Part shown: positions 9,618 to 24,292 of the stretch, in pieces | How the letters are laid out: each line of letters begins with the position of its first letter | How positions within the stretch are numbered: position 1 is the stretch's first letter | DNA from: Amphiscolops sp. MND2022 | Taxonomy: Eukaryota | DNA length: 64,000 nt | NCBI GenBank assembly: GCA_964187785.1 | Contig: OZ076409.1 | Span: 72,046,001-72,110,000, forward strand | Direction: 5' to 3' | Program-made: the position numbers and the translations under genes | Notes under the pieces: model-generated | Seen by the model: only the letters and a program-made list of their open reading frames with translations | What the model was told of the DNA's origin: nothing | The model's database searches: none

Positions 9618-12415
9618 GTGGCGGGGGGCTGTCCCCAATAGAATATAGTGAGGTAGGGTAGGGTTCCCTACCGAACATTCAGTACTGAAAGACTCTTGTA
9701 GTATGAAAATTTTTCGATGTTTTGAGACCGATTTCGGATTCCACCCGTCAGAAGTTTATGATTTTTTGGCCCCCACCCAGATTTTGGGCACTGATCGCCC
9801 CCCACCAGGTTCCATACCCGTGGTTTCGTTGTGACGGGTACACGAGCGACCGTTAGGGGTCAATCAGGGGGTAAAATTTATAAAAGTGTGAATAACTTTT
9901 CCCCCCGTCGTTTTAGCAGGTCCGGTCACTAGTAAAGGTTTGTTGGGCATCATGCAGTGGGTACGGGGGGCCAAACAAAAATTTTCTATCATGCACCGTT
10001 ACGGACTTGGCCCCCCGCCCAAACCGCTATTTTACCGGAAATTGCACTTTTTGAACGGGAAGGAGTCGTCTGAGCGCGGAGTCGTTTGGTAATGTTTTGT
10101 AGAGCATCTGAAGACGTGGTGGGGGACATGTAGTTTGCCGACCCCAGTTTACCCCTCGGACGGGAAATGACCGTTATGTTAGTTTTAAAATTGCCCCCCG
10201 TCAACTTTAACCGCTATTTCTGGTGTGAAGGAGTCGGAACAGCGTGTCGGGTGCTATATATCAAAAGTAGCTTTAAACAAGGACCTATCAGAAACATGTG
10301 GTTTGGGACCCTTTGAACGGACCCGTTAGCCGGAAATAGGGTGACCGCCTCCTTTTTTTGGTGTTAAAACCGTAAAACGGGCATTAAAGTGAAATTATCT
10401 CGTGAACGCGTGGAGCAATCGTGTCCATCACTCCTACAAGGTTTCATACCCATGACATGGTGTCTTCAGGGGGGCAAACAGATCAGCGCTATCTATCACC
10501 GTTACGGACTTTGCCCCCCAGCCTAACCGCTATATTACCGGAAACTGCCCTTTTTGACCGGGAAGGAGTCGTCTGAGAGTGGAGTCGTTAAGTAATGTTT
10601 TGTAGAGCATCTAGAGACGTGTTGGGGGACATGTAGTTTGCCGACCCCTGTTTACCCCTCGGACGGGAAATGACCGTTATGTTAGTTTTAAAATTGCCCC
10701 CCGTCAACTTTAACCGCTATTTCTGGTGTGAAGGAGTCGGAATAGCGTGTCGGGTGCTACATATCAAAAGTAGCTTTAAACAAGGACCTATCAGAAACAT
10801 GTGGTTTGGGACCCTTGGAACGGACCCGTTAGCCGGAAATAGGGTGACCGCCCCCTTTTTCTGCGGTTAAAATTGTAAAACGGGCATTGAAGTGGAATTA
10901 TCTTGGAAACGCGTGGAGCTATAGTGTCCTTCACTACTACAAGGTTTCATACTCAAGATACGGTGCCTTCAGGGGGGAAAACAGATTACCGCTATATATC
11001 ACCGTTACGGACTTGGCCCCCCAGCCTAACCGCTATGTTACCGGAAATGTCATTTTTTGAGCCAAAAGGGTTAGTCCCAGCGTGGGAACGTCAGGTAACT
11101 TTATGTAGAACTCAATGAGACGAGTTGGAGGATATGGTTTCAGTCACCCCCCGTTGACCCGTTAGACCGGAAACGACCGTTATGTAGTGAAAAATGTAAT
11201 TTTTATACTTTTTGAAGGCCATTTAGGGCAGGAAGTATCGGTAATATGTCTTTGGACAGTATACAATGAAAGTTTTGGTGTGAAACAAGCAATCTGAAAT
11301 ATCCGTTATTATGATTCGGAAGTCACACTAACAGCGAAAATGACCGTTATGTAGTGAAAATTTTTTTCACATTTTTTTTGCTTTCGATAGGTCCTTCAAG
11401 CCAAGAAGTAGCTGTATTAGGTCTTTGGCCACTTTATGATGATTGTGGTGTTGTGAGATGACCGTACGAACTTGACCTTTATAATGCCCCTGAGTTGCTG
11501 CGGCACGAGAAATTTCAGAAAGTTTGTCTTTTCTGTGTTTTGTTGGAATAAACATTTAATTTCATTAAACCAATGTGCATTCAGGGTGTTTAGAAAGCTT
11601 CAAGAAAAGAATTTAATAGGAAACATGGCGGTGAGAAATAACAAATTGCCACGTAAATCCAACCCCCGTTGGGGAATAAATGTAATAAATTGTTTTGGAA
11701 GTGCCAATCGACGTGTATTTGCGGATCATAGCCACGGTATTGTCTATTCGTGTTTCTTTTTGAAGACTTTGAACATTTTCACTTTATCAGCTTGAGGTTT
11801 TAACTCTATATGCTTAATAACCGTTACAATATGATAGCCCTCAAGTTGACCTTGTGTCAACTTGAAAGGGCTATCCTTTCACAACTGCGCAGCAACAGTG
11901 TGATTGAGTGATTTAGTTATTATCCAAGGCCAATTTGAACTTCAACAAGATTTTAACCACAATATTTAAAACTATTCATATGATTCTTTCAAAAGGGTAA
12001 ATATTTAACTAATATTTGACAAAAAAACTCCAACCTTTAATTTGTGGACCGAATAGTAGGAAAACCATGTTTCTTAACGTTGTTGGATGAAATTCAAAAT
12101 GATGCTTTTAAAAGAATAACAATTCTTGACACTATATATTTTTTCTATTTTCCAATAAACTATTTTTCCAAAAGTCTATTTTTCCAATAAACATTGTTGA
12201 TTGATGCCCATTCATAGTGACTGGAAAGTTTTACCAACTGTGGTGTTTTTTTTTAATCAGAGGTGAAACCGCTCCCTACCGTCGCATAATGTAATTCAAG
12301 CCGACGCCCACATGCCAACATCAACGCCCACCGTCCGTAGGCATGCCGAGGCATGCCTTTCGACAACGTATGCCAAATCACGCCCCTGCGAGGTCACTAA
12401 AGCGGTAGCGGCTAG
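9618..12415 (+). mobile_element. Unit 5, family AL, 2798 bp
   Basis: Bounded by GCTAGGTG; A-related body with 503-bp internal repeats; H1 at 11833-11875; sister of unit 18. Confidence 0.72.
9995..11350 (+). repeat. 503-bp internal repeat, about 2.7 copies, in unit 5 (end approximate)
   Basis: ACCGTTACGGACTT at 9995, 10498, 11001. Confidence 0.85.
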
Positions 12416-14409
12416 GTGCGGGGGGGTAACCCCAACAAATATATTGGAGGATTCGGGTAGGGTCCTGAATCCGATTTTAACTCTAATAGCTATCGATAGG
12501 AAATCTTGCAAAAATTTCGGGATCTCGTGATCTAACCATAGGATTTTAAAGTTGGAGCGGCCCCCACCAGATTTTCCAAAGTTATTCGCCCCCCACCGGG
12601 TTCCATACCCCGGAAAATTTTTTTCTGGCCACACGGGCGACCGTTAGGGGGTCATTTTAGGGGTAAAATTCATATTGGGCCACATAACTTTTTTTCTGTT
12701 GATTTAAAACTTTGGAACCCTGCTAAAAGTTTCTTGACCGTGTTGCAGGGGCCCCGAAGGTCCAAACCAAATTTTTCTATCTTGAAGCTATCTCCAAGTA
12801 CCCCCCCGCTCAAACCGTTATTTTTCCGGAAACGCAGGTTTTTGACCCGGAAGGAGTCGTCTGAGCGCGGGGTCGTTAGGTGATGTATTGGGGACGGCCT
12901 TGAGACGAAGTGGGGGACAAGTAGTTTGCCAACCTCAATTTACCCCCCGGACGGGAAATGACCGTTACATGAGCGTGAAAAATGCCCCCCTCCACGTTTT
13001 ACCGCTATTTCCGGTGTGAAGGAGTGGGAGTAGCGCGTCGGGTGTTATATAACAAAAGTAGGTTTAGACAAGGACCTATCGAAAACATGTAGTTTGGGAC
13101 CCCCTGGACCAACCCGTTAGCGAGAAATGGGGCTTCCGCCTCCTTTTTTTACTGCTAAAACCGTAAAATGGGCATTGAGGGGTAAATATCTCGTGAACGC
13201 GTGGAGCAATCGTGTCCATCACTACTACAAGGTTTCATACCCATGATATGGTGCCTTCAGGGGGGCAAACAGATTTCCGCTATCTATCACCGTTACCGAC
13301 TTGGCCCCCCAGCCTAACCGCTATGTGACCGGAAATGTCACTTTTTGAGCCCAAAGGGTCGGTCCCAGACGGGGAACGTTAGGTAACTTATTGTAGTACT
13401 CAATGAGACGAGTTGGGGGATATAGTTTCAGTCACCCCCCGTTACCCCTTGGGACCGGAAATGACCGTTATGTGGGTAAATTTGCAATTTTTATACTTTT
13501 TCAAGTGTATTTAGGTGCGGAAGGAGTGGTAATAGGTGCTTGGACACTATATGAGGTAAGGGAGGACGTGAGGCGAGCATTCGGAAATAACCGTTATGTT
13601 GACCCTAAAGTCCCCCTGGTACCGTAAACGACCGGAAATGGTCAAATTTTGTGTTTTTAGGGTACAAATGATTAGAATTTTATAGAAAAAAGTACCTGGT
13701 CGGTGTTTCAACGGCTTGCAGTAGTGAACATAGTCATGAAACCTTGTGGGGGGTAACGGTATATAGCACCGGAAGTCCAAACCGTTGGAGACAGGATAGG
13801 TATTTTGGTTTTAAAATGCCTATAAGCGTACTTTTGTGGGTTGAATCGTTTCAATATCGACTAATTTGGATATTTTTTTGACATTGAAGGTTTTTTCAAT
13901 AGTTTCAGGGACCTCAAATGCTTCAATCAATATAACCGTTACCTTATGATAGCCTTTCAAGTTGGCCTGGTGTCAACTTGGAAGGGCTATCCTTCGAAAA
14001 TCGTAATTCAAGTGTGTTTTTGAGTACGTTTTTATTACTTTAATATCAATTAGAGCTCAATCATTAGTTTGCCAACGACAAAAACTATGACGTGATGATA
14101 CCGTTAGTAGAAGAATAGTTAACAATTTGTTGACAAAATTGATTTTTTGCATTTTAAATGTTTCCTAAATGCCAGGAAAACAATTTATCTAATGAATGGT
14201 ACTGATTGAACCCAAGTATCATTTGAAAAAAAGTTAAACATTGTTTTTTCGTTTCATTATGGAAGCTGAAACCTCACGTTTTAGGTCACTTAACGTCAAC
14301 GCCACATACTTTACATCAACGTCCGCCGTCTGTGGGCATGCCGAGGCATGCCCTTCGACGACGTATACCAATTACATATATATCTACACCCACCCGCGGT
14401 AGCAGCTAG
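12416..14409 (+). mobile_element. Unit 6, family A, 1994 bp
   Basis: Bounded by GCTAGGTG; homologous to unit 2. Confidence 0.75.
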
Positions 14410-16380
14410 GTGCGGGGGGGTAACCCCAACAAAAATTTTGGAGGATTCGGGTAGGGTCCTGAATCCGATTTCAACTCTAATAGCTATCGATAGGAAATCT
14501 TGCAAAAATTTCGGGATCTCGTGATCTAACCATAGGATTTTAAAGTTGGAGCGGCCCCCACCAGATTTTCCGAAAATTAGCGCCCCCCACCGGGTTCCAT
14601 ACCCCGGAAAATTTTTTTCTGGCCACACGGGCGACCGTTAGGGGGTCATTTTAGGGGTAAAATTCATATTGGGCCACATAACTTTTTTTCTGTTGATTTA
14701 AAACTTTGGAACCCTGCTAAAAGTTTCTTGACCGTGTTGCAAGGGCTCCGGAGGTCCAAACCAAATTTTTCTATCTTGAAGCTATCTCCAAGTACCCCCC
14801 CGCTCAAACCGTTATTTTTCCGGAAACGCAGGTTTTTGACCCGGAAGGAGTCGTCTGAGCGCGGGGTCGTTAGGTGATGTTTTGGGGACGGCCTTGAGAC
14901 GAAGTGGGGGACATGTAGTTTGCCAACCTCAGTTTACCCCCCGGACGAGAAATGACCGTTATATGAGCGGGAAAATTGCCCCCCTCCACGTTTAACCGCT
15001 ATTTCCGGTGTGAAGGAGTGGGAGTAGCGCGTCGGGTGCCATATATCAAAAGTAGGTTTAGACAAGGATCTATCGGAAACATGTGGTTTGGGACCCCCTG
15101 GACCAACCCGTTAGCAGGAAATGGGGCTTCCGTCCCGTTTTTTTACGGTTAAAAACGGAAAATGGGCATTGAGGGGTAAATATCTCGTGAACGCGTGGAG
15201 CTACGGTGTCCTTCACTACTACAAGGTTTCATACCCATGATATGGTGCCTTCAGGGGGGCAAACAGATTTCCGCTATCTATCACCGTTACGGACTTGGCC
15301 CCCCAGCCTAACCGCTAAGTGACCGGAAATGTCACTTTTTGAGCCCAAAGGGTCGGTCCCAGCCAGGGAACGTTAGGTAACTTATTGTAGTACTCATTGA
15401 GATGAGTTGGGGGACATAGTTTCAGTCACCCCCCGTTACCCCTTAAGACCGGAAATGACCGTTATGTGAGTAAATTTGCCGTTTTTGTCCTATTTGAAGG
15501 GCATTTAGATGCGGAAGGAGTGGTAATAGGTGCTTGGACACTATATGAGGTAAGGGAGGATATGAGGCGAGCATTCGGAAATAACCGTTATGTTGACCCC
15601 AAAGTCCCCCTGGTACCGTAAACGACCCGAAATGGTCAAATTTTGTGTCTATTGGGTACAAATGTTTGGTATTTTGTAGATAAAATTATCTATTAGGTGT
15701 TTCGACGGTCTGCAGTAGTGAACATAGTCATGAAACCTTGTGGGGGGTAACGGTATATAGCACCGGAAGTCCAAACCGTTGGAGACAGGATAGGTTTTTT
15801 GGTTTTAAAATGTCTTTCGGCGTACTTTTGTCGACTATTAAGGACTACTTTTAAAAATTAAAGTTTTTCCATATAGTTTTAGAGACTCCGAAACCTCAAC
15901 CAACATAACCGTTACCTCATGATAGCCTTTCAAGTTGGCCTGGTGTCAACTTGGAAGGGCTATCCTTCAAAAATCGTCAATCAAGTGTGTTTTTTGGTAT
16001 GTTTGTATCATTTTAGAATCAAATAGAGCTTCAAGAAAAGTTTGCCAACGACAAAAACTATGTCGTGATGATTCCGTTATTAGAATAATAGTTAGCAAAT
16101 TGTTGAGAAAATTGATTTTTTCCATATCAAATGTGTCCTAATTGCCAGGAATCCTATTTAACTAACAAATGGTATTGATTGGAATGTATGTAACAGAGTT
16201 ATGAAAGTTCAAATTGATTATTACGTTTCATTATGGAAGCTGAAACGTAATATTTTAGTTTAATTAACGTCAACGCCACACACTTTACATCAACGCCCAC
16301 CGTCTGTGGGCATGCCGAGGCATGCCCTTCGACGACGTATGGCAAATCCCTTCTAACGACGCCCGTACATCCCGGGCTAG
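14410..16380 (+). mobile_element. Unit 7, family A, 1971 bp
   Basis: Bounded by GCTAGGTG; homologous to unit 2. Confidence 0.75.
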
Positions 16381-18345
16381 GTGCGGGGGGGAAACCCCAT
16401 CCCTTTTCTTGGAGGATTCGGGTAGGGTCCTGAATCCGAGTTCAGTGCCGCCAGCTCTCAGTAGAAATCTGGGCATTTTTTTGCGATCTCGTGATCTAAC
16501 CATAGGATTTTAAAGTTGGAGCGGCCCCCACCAGATTTTCCAAAGTTATTCGCCCCCCACCGGGTTCCAGCGTGATTGAAATATTTTGTCGGGGTACACG
16601 GGCGACCGTTAGGGGTCATTTTGGGGGTAAAATTTATATCCGGTCGCATAACTTTTTTCCTGTTGGTTTAAAACTTTGGGACCCTGCTAAAAGTTTCTTG
16701 ACCTTGTTGCAGTGGCTCCGGAGGTCCAAACCAAATTTTTCTATCTTCAAGCTATCTCCAAGTACCCCCCCGCCCAAACCGTTATTTTTCCGGAAACGCA
16801 GGTTTTTGACCCGGAAGGAGTCGTCTGAGCGCGGGGTCGTTAGGTGATGTATTGGGGACGGCCTTGAGACGAAGCGGGGGACATGTAGTTTGCCGACCCC
16901 AGTTTACCCCCCGGACGGGAAATGACCGTTATTTGAGCGGGAAAAATGCCCCCCTCCACGTTTTACCGCTATTTCCGGTGTGAAGGAGTGGGAGTAGCGC
17001 GTCGGGTGCCATATATCAAAAGTAGGTTTAGACAAGGACCAACCGGAAACATGTGGTTTGGGACCCCCTGACCCAACCCGTTAGCCGTTATAAGAGTGAT
17101 CGCCTCCTTTTTTTACACTCAAAACCGGAAAACGGGTATTGAGGGGTAAATATCTCGTGAACGCGTGGAGCAATCGTGTCCATCACTACTACAAGGTTTC
17201 ATACCCATGATATGGTGCCTTCAGGGGGGCAAACAGATTACCGCTATCTATCACCGTTACGGACTTGGCCCCCCAGCCCAACCGCTATGTGACCGGAAAT
17301 GTCACTTTTTGAGCCCAAAGGGTCGGTCCCAGCCTGGGAACGTTAGGTAACTTATTGTAGTACTCATTGATACGAGTTGGGGGATATAGTTTCAGTCACC
17401 CCCCGTTACCCCTTAGGACCGGAAATGACCGTTATGTGAGTGAAATTGCAATTTTTATACTTTTTGAAAGGCATTTAGGTGCAGAAGGAGTGGTAATAGG
17501 TGCTTGGACACTATATAATGATAAGGAGGACGTGAGGCGAGCATTCGAAAAAAACCGTTATGTTGACCCCAAAGTCCCCCTGGTACCGTAAATGACCGGA
17601 AATGGTCAAATTTTGTGTTTAAAGGGTACAAATGTTTGGTGTTTTATGGATAACAGTACCTATTAGGTGTTTCGACGGTATACAGTTGTGAACATAGTCA
17701 TGAAACCTTGTGGGGGGTAACGGTATATAGCACCGGAAGTCCAAAACGTTGGAGACAGGATAAGTTTTTTGGTTTTAAAACGTCTTTCGGCCTACTTTTG
17801 TCGACTATTATGGTCTATTTTTGAAAAATAAAATTTTTCCATATAGTTTCAGAGACTCCGAAACCTCAACCAACATAACCGTTACCTTATGATAGCCTTT
17901 CAAGTTGGCCTGGTGTCAACTTGGAAGGGCTATCCTTCAAAAATCATTAATCAAGTGTGTTTTTGAGTATGTTTGTATTACTTTAGAATCAATTAGAGCT
18001 TCAAGAAAAGTTTGCCAACGACAAAAACTATGTCGTGATGATTCCGTTATTGTTAACAAAGTTTTAAAAACGTTGATTTTTTTCATTTCAAATGTGTCCT
18101 AAATGCCAGAAAACCTCTTTACCAAACAAATGGTATTGATTGAATTGTATATAACAGCTAATAAAAGTTCAAACTGAATATTACGTTTCATTTTGTAAGC
18201 TGAAACGTCATTTTATAGTTTCATTAACGTCAACGCCACATACTTTACATCAACGCCCACCGTCCGTAGGCATGCCGAGGCATGCCTTTCGACGACGTAT
18301 ACCAAATTCCTTTAACACAACACCCCCGAGCGCGTTAGCAGCTAG
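16381..18345 (+). mobile_element. Unit 8, family A, 1965 bp
   Basis: Bounded by GCTAGGTG; homologous to unit 2. Confidence 0.75.
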
Positions 18346-20320
18346 GTGCGGGGGGGTAACCCCAACAAAATTTTTGGAGGATTCGGGTAGGGTCCTGAAT
18401 CCGAGTTCAGTGCTGCCAGCTTTCGTTAAGAAAATTTGGATAGGATTCGGGATCTCGTGATCTAACCATAGGATTTTAAAGTTGGAGCGGCCCCCACCAG
18501 ATTTTCCGAAAATTAGCGCCCCCCACCGGGTTCCATACCCCGGAAAATTTTTTTCTGGCCACACGGGCGACCGTTAGGGGGTCATTTTAGGGGTAAAATT
18601 CATATTGGGCCACATAACTTTTTTTCTGTTGATTTAAAACTTTGGGACCCTGCTAAAAGTTTCTTGACCGTGTTGCAGGGGCCCCGGAGGTCCAAACCAA
18701 ATTTTTCTAGCTTGAAGCTATCTCCAAGTACCCCCCCGCCCAAAACGTTATTTTTCCGGAAACGCAGGTTTTTGACCCGGAAGGAGTCGTCTGAGCGCGG
18801 GGTCGTTAGGTGATGTTTTGGGGACGGCCTTGAGACGAAGTGGGGGACATGTAGTTTGCCGACCCCAGTTTACCCCCCGGACGGGAAATGACCGTTATAT
18901 GAGCGGGAAAAATGCCCCCTTCCACGTTTTACCCCTATTTCCGGTGTGAAGGAGTGGGAGTAGCGCGTCGGGTGCCATATATCAAAAGTAGGTTCAGACA
19001 AGGACCTATCGGAAACATGTAGTTTGGGACCCCCTGGACCAACCCGTTAGCGAGAAATGGGGCTTCCGGCCCGTTTTTTTACGGTTAAAAACGGAAAATG
19101 TGCATTGAGGGGTAAATATCTCGTGAACGCGTGGAGCTACGGTGTCCATCACTACTACAAAGTTTCATACCCATGATATGGTGCCTTCAGGGGGGCAAAC
19201 AGATTTCCGCTATCTATCACCGTTACGGACTTGGCCCCCCAGCCTAACCGCTATGTGACCGGAAATGTCACTTTTTGAGCCCAAAGGGTCGGTCTCAGCC
19301 AGGGAACGTTAGGTAACTTATTGTAGTACTCATTGAGACGAGTTGGGGGATACAGTTTCAGTCACCCCCCGTTACCCCTTGGGACCGGAAATGACCGTTA
19401 TGTGGGTAAATTTGCTTTTTTTGTACTTTTTGGAGGGCATTTAGGTGCGGAAGGAGTGGTAATAGGTGCTTGGACACTATATGATGATAGGGAGGACGTG
19501 AGGCGAGCTTTCGGAATTAACCGTTATGCTGACCCTAAAGTCCCCCTGGTACCGGAAGTGACCCGTAATGGTCAAATTTTGTGTTTAAAGGGTACAAATG
19601 TTTGGTGTTTTTTGGATAACAGTACCTATTAGGTGTTTCGACGGTCTGCAGTCGTGAACATAGTCATGAAACCTTGTGGGGGGTAACGGTATATAGCACC
19701 GGAAGTCCAAACCGTTGGAGACAGGATAAGTTTTTTGGTTTTAAAATGTCTTTCGGCCTACTTTTGTTGACTATTATGGACTATTTTTGAAAAATAAATT
19801 TTTTCCAAATAGTTTCAGAGACTCCGAAACCTCAACCAACATAACCGTTACCTTATGATAGCCTTTCAAGTTGGCCTGGTGTCAACTTGGAAGGGCTATC
19901 CTTCAAAAATCATTAATCAAGTGTGTTTTTGAGTATGTTTGTATTACTTTAGAATCAATTAGAGCTTCAGGAAAAGTTTGCCAACGATAAAAACTATGTC
20001 GTGATGATTCCGTTATTAGAATAATAGTTAACAAAAAATTGATAAAGTTGATTTTTTAAACTTTAAATGTGTTCTAAATGCCAGAAAACCTCTTTACCAA
20101 ACAAATGGAATTGATTGAATTGTATATAACAGCTAATAAAACTTCAAATTGAATATTAGGTTTCATTATGGAAGCTGAAATGTCATATTATAGTTTCAAT
20201 AATGTCAACGCCACATACTTTACATCAACGCCCACCGTCTGTGGGCATGCCGAGGCATGCCCTTCGACGACGTATACCAAATTCCTCCAACACAACACCC
20301 CCGAGCGCGGTAGCAGCTAG
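18346..20320 (+). mobile_element. Unit 9, family A, 1975 bp
   Basis: Bounded by GCTAGGTG; homologous to unit 2. Confidence 0.75.
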
Positions 20321-22309
20321 GTGGGCGGGGGTAATTCCCCAACAAAAAAATCGGCCGGCGGGTCGGGTCCTGCCGGCCGTCCAAAATCAAAATCCTCCTA
20401 GTAGAAAACGGCATGTCAAACGAGCTATTTTTTTATTTAACCATACGAATCTCACCATTTTTTGCATGCGGCCCTGAAATGGCCATACGAGACGAAGTTC
20501 CTGCTGACGTTTTGCAATGTAAATGTTTTATAAAAAGTTATGGCCGATTTGTCATTCACCTAGAAGGGTAAAATGAGGAAAATTTTAACAAAGTCGCTGA
20601 TAACTCAAAATGTGTTAATTTTTGGACTTTGACTGTGAAACAAGATTGGAACCTTCATTTCGTGGCTGGGGCATTGGACTGAACACAAAAGATGTAAAGT
20701 TTTTACGTTTTTTGAAAATTCGACATTTTTGAAATTTTTTTCACTACTATCAGTACCCCATATGTCAAAAACACCTCAGAAAAAAATTTTTATTTGCTTT
20801 AAATTGGAAACCTTGGTATCCATGGTTTCTGTCGGAACCTACTCGCAGCCAAACACCCAACAGTTTGCATCCAATGTGAAAATAAAAAATTTTTCGGGGT
20901 CATAAGCGTTTCACAAGGATTTCTCAACTTAGTATTAATTTACAAAATGGTCATTTTGAACATAATATTTTCATCGAGGCTTGTCGGCTATAGCCTTAAT
21001 GTTCTAGAACGGTCCCACTGGCAACGTAGCAACCATTTATAGTAATATAAAAGGTTAAAAAATTTTTTTCACCCGGTCTTCAGTCATTTTTCAGACATTC
21101 GGAACATAACTTAGAAAATTTTTGACCCAAATACCCATTTTTTGTCAGGTCGAAAATTAAAATTCAGCTATTAAAGCAAAATTATTTACTCTGACGTAAC
21201 CAGTGGGGCCCATGATACTCAAAAACACCATTGGCACTGGTACCAATGGCTCCATTAACATATGAGTCGCGATAAGACGTTATTTTGAGCAATACGTCTC
21301 AATTGAGGTAAAGATCTCGCAAGCCAGCGATCACTGTGAAATGTGATTTCATCAAAAATTTACTCATTTTTGTCAATAACTATGTGCACAGAGTGTGTAG
21401 GGTGCGTTTCAGCACTATAATGAGGTTTTTGAAGGCATCGGGTTGCTCAAGGGGTGGTATGAGACATTTTTTTCCTATATACTACTGTGTTTTCCAAAAC
21501 TTTTAGCCCATTATCAGGAAAAAATAATTTGACAAATTACTTTCAACTACTTTATTCAAAGGTTACAATATAGATGAACACTGTGGTTGATCAGAAACTT
21601 TCATCTCTTTCGTTTTCCGAAATAATTCCCTTCGAATGTGTTACATTTGTAGCCGGAAAAAAAACCGAAACTAAAAAATACGCGATTTTGCTGAGATAGA
21701 ACCGGGATAATTGTGTCTAAATACTCTTTAAATACTTCTAACGCGACCTTACGGACCCAAAAGGATTAAAAATGCCACTCACAATGCTGACATGTGCTCT
21801 TTCGACGATCCTGGCTGGACAAGTTTTGCAAATATTTCAAGTACCTGTTAACTGAATTTTGTGATAGCCTTTTAAGTTGGCCTTGTGTCAACTTGGGAAG
21901 GCTATCACATCAAAAAACTTTCAACAAAAAAACTTTTTGTTTATTGGATATTGCTGTCGATACCTTTTTTAGTGATTCTATACTACCGTTAGTATATTCC
22001 ATCAGGTCACCAGACGATTGTATTCAGTATTTGATAAAAATATATGAACTCGAAGTCTCTTTCATATGTTTTTTGTTCAAAAAAATTATCAAAAAAATTT
22101 ATATTATAAACAATTGAGTCTTTAACTTTTTTATTCCCCAATTTTCCAGTGTTATTAGGCTCATCAACTTCCTACTGCCACATCCAGACATTAGTACAAC
22201 GCCACAAAGTGTTGCGACGTCCACCGTCTGTGGGCATGCCGAGGCATGCCCTTCGACGACGTATGCCAAAAATAGCGCCCTCCGCGGTCACTACCGCGGT
22301 AGCAGCTAG
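20321..22309 (+). mobile_element. Unit 10, family BS, 1989 bp
   Basis: Bounded by GCTAGGTG; H1 at about 21860-21909. Confidence 0.75.
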
Positions 22310-24292
22310 GTGGGCGGGGGTAATTCCCCTTCAAAAAATTCGGCCGGCGGGTTGGGTCCTGCCGGACGTCAAATAGTGTGAAACATCCAGTAGGAAACGG
22401 CGACATAAATCAGCGATTTTAAAATTTAACCGTTAGAATTCGGACTTGGAGTGCATGCGGCCCCAAAATGCCCATACGAATCGAAGTTCCTGCTGACGTT
22501 AAGCGATAAAAACACTTTATAAAAAGTTATGGCCCATTTTACGTTCACTTAGAGAGGTAAAATGAGGAAAATTTTAACAAAGTTGCTGATAACTCAAAAT
22601 ACATTAATTTTTGGACTTTGACTGTGAAACAAGCTTGGAACCTTCATTTCGTGGCTGTGGCATTGCACTGAACACAAAAGATGTAAAGTTTTCACATTTT
22701 TTGAAAATTCGACATTTTTGATTTTTTTTTCACTACTATCAGTACACTATATGTCAAAAACACCTCTGAAAAAATTTTTATTTGCTCAAATTTAGAAACC
22801 TCGGTATCCATGGTTTCCGTCAGTACCTACTCGCTGCAAAACGCTCAACAGTTTGCATCCAATGTGAAAATAAAATTTTTTTGGAGGCCTTAGGTGTTTC
22901 ACAAGGATTTCTCAACTTAGTATCAATTTACAAATTGGTCATTTTGAACACATTATTTCCATCGAAGCTTGTCGGCTATAGCCTTAATGTTCTAGAACGG
23001 TCTCACTGGCAACGTAGGAACCATTTATAGTAATAGAAAGTTTTAAAAAAAATTTTTCACCCGGTCTTCAGTCATTTTTCAGTCATTCGGAACTTAACTT
23101 AGAAAAATTTCGACCAAAATACCCATTTTTTGTCAGGTCGAAAAATCAAATTCAGCTTTTTAAGCAAAATTATTAACTCTGACGTAACCCATGGGGCCCA
23201 TGATACTCAAAACAACGATTGACACTGGTATCAGTGGCTCCAATAACATTTGAGTCGCGATAAGACGTTACTTTGAGCAATACGTCTCAATTGAGGTAAA
23301 GATCTCGCAAGCCAGCGATCACTGTGAAATGTGATTTCATCAAAAATTTACTCATTTTTGTCAATCACTATGTGCACAGAATGCGTAGGGTGCGTTTCAG
23401 CACTATAATGAGGTTTTTGAATGCATCGAGTTGCTCAAGGGGTGGTATGAGACATTTTTGTCCCATATACTACTGTATTTTCCAATATTTTTAGCCCAAT
23501 ATCTGGAAATACAAACTAGACAAAATACTTTCAACTACTTTATTCAAAGGTTACAATATAGATGAACACTGTGGTTGATCAGAAACTTTCATCTCTTTCG
23601 TTTTCCGAAATATTTCCCTTCGCATGTGTTACATTTGTAGCAGAAAAAAAATTCGAAACTGAAAAATACGCTATTTTGCTAATATAGAATCGCAATGATT
23701 GTGTCTAAAAACTCTTTAAACACTTCTAACGCAACCTTACGCACCCAAAATGATCAAAACTGCTATTCACAATGGTGACATGTGCTCTTTCAACGATCCT
23801 GACTGAACAATTTTCGCAAATTATTCAAGTACCTGTTAACTGAATCTCGTGATAGCCTTTTCAGTTGGCCTTGTGTCAACTTGGGAAGGCTATCACATCA
23901 AAAAATTTTCAACAAAATTTTTTTTTGTTCATTGGAAATGACAGTCGATATATAATTTCGTGATTCTATACTACCGTTAGTACCTTCCATTAAGTCACCT
24001 GACGATTGCATTCAGTCTTTGATAAATACCTATGAACTCGAATTCATATTTATTAATTTTGTGCTAAAAATAAACATCAAAATTATCCAAATTATTCAAA
24101 ATTGAGTCTTTACCGTTTTTGTTTTTCTTTTTCTACTGTTATTAGGCCCATCAACTTCCTACAGCCACGCTCTCTGTCATTAGTACAACGCCACATAGTG
24201 TTGCGACGTGCACAGTCTGTGGGCATGCCGAGGCATGCCCTTCGACGACGTATGCCGAATACCGCGGGCCTACGCCCGCGCTCCCCGGCTAG
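22310..24292 (+). mobile_element. Unit 11, family BS, 1983 bp
   Basis: Bounded by GCTAGGTG; homologous to unit 10. Confidence 0.75.
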
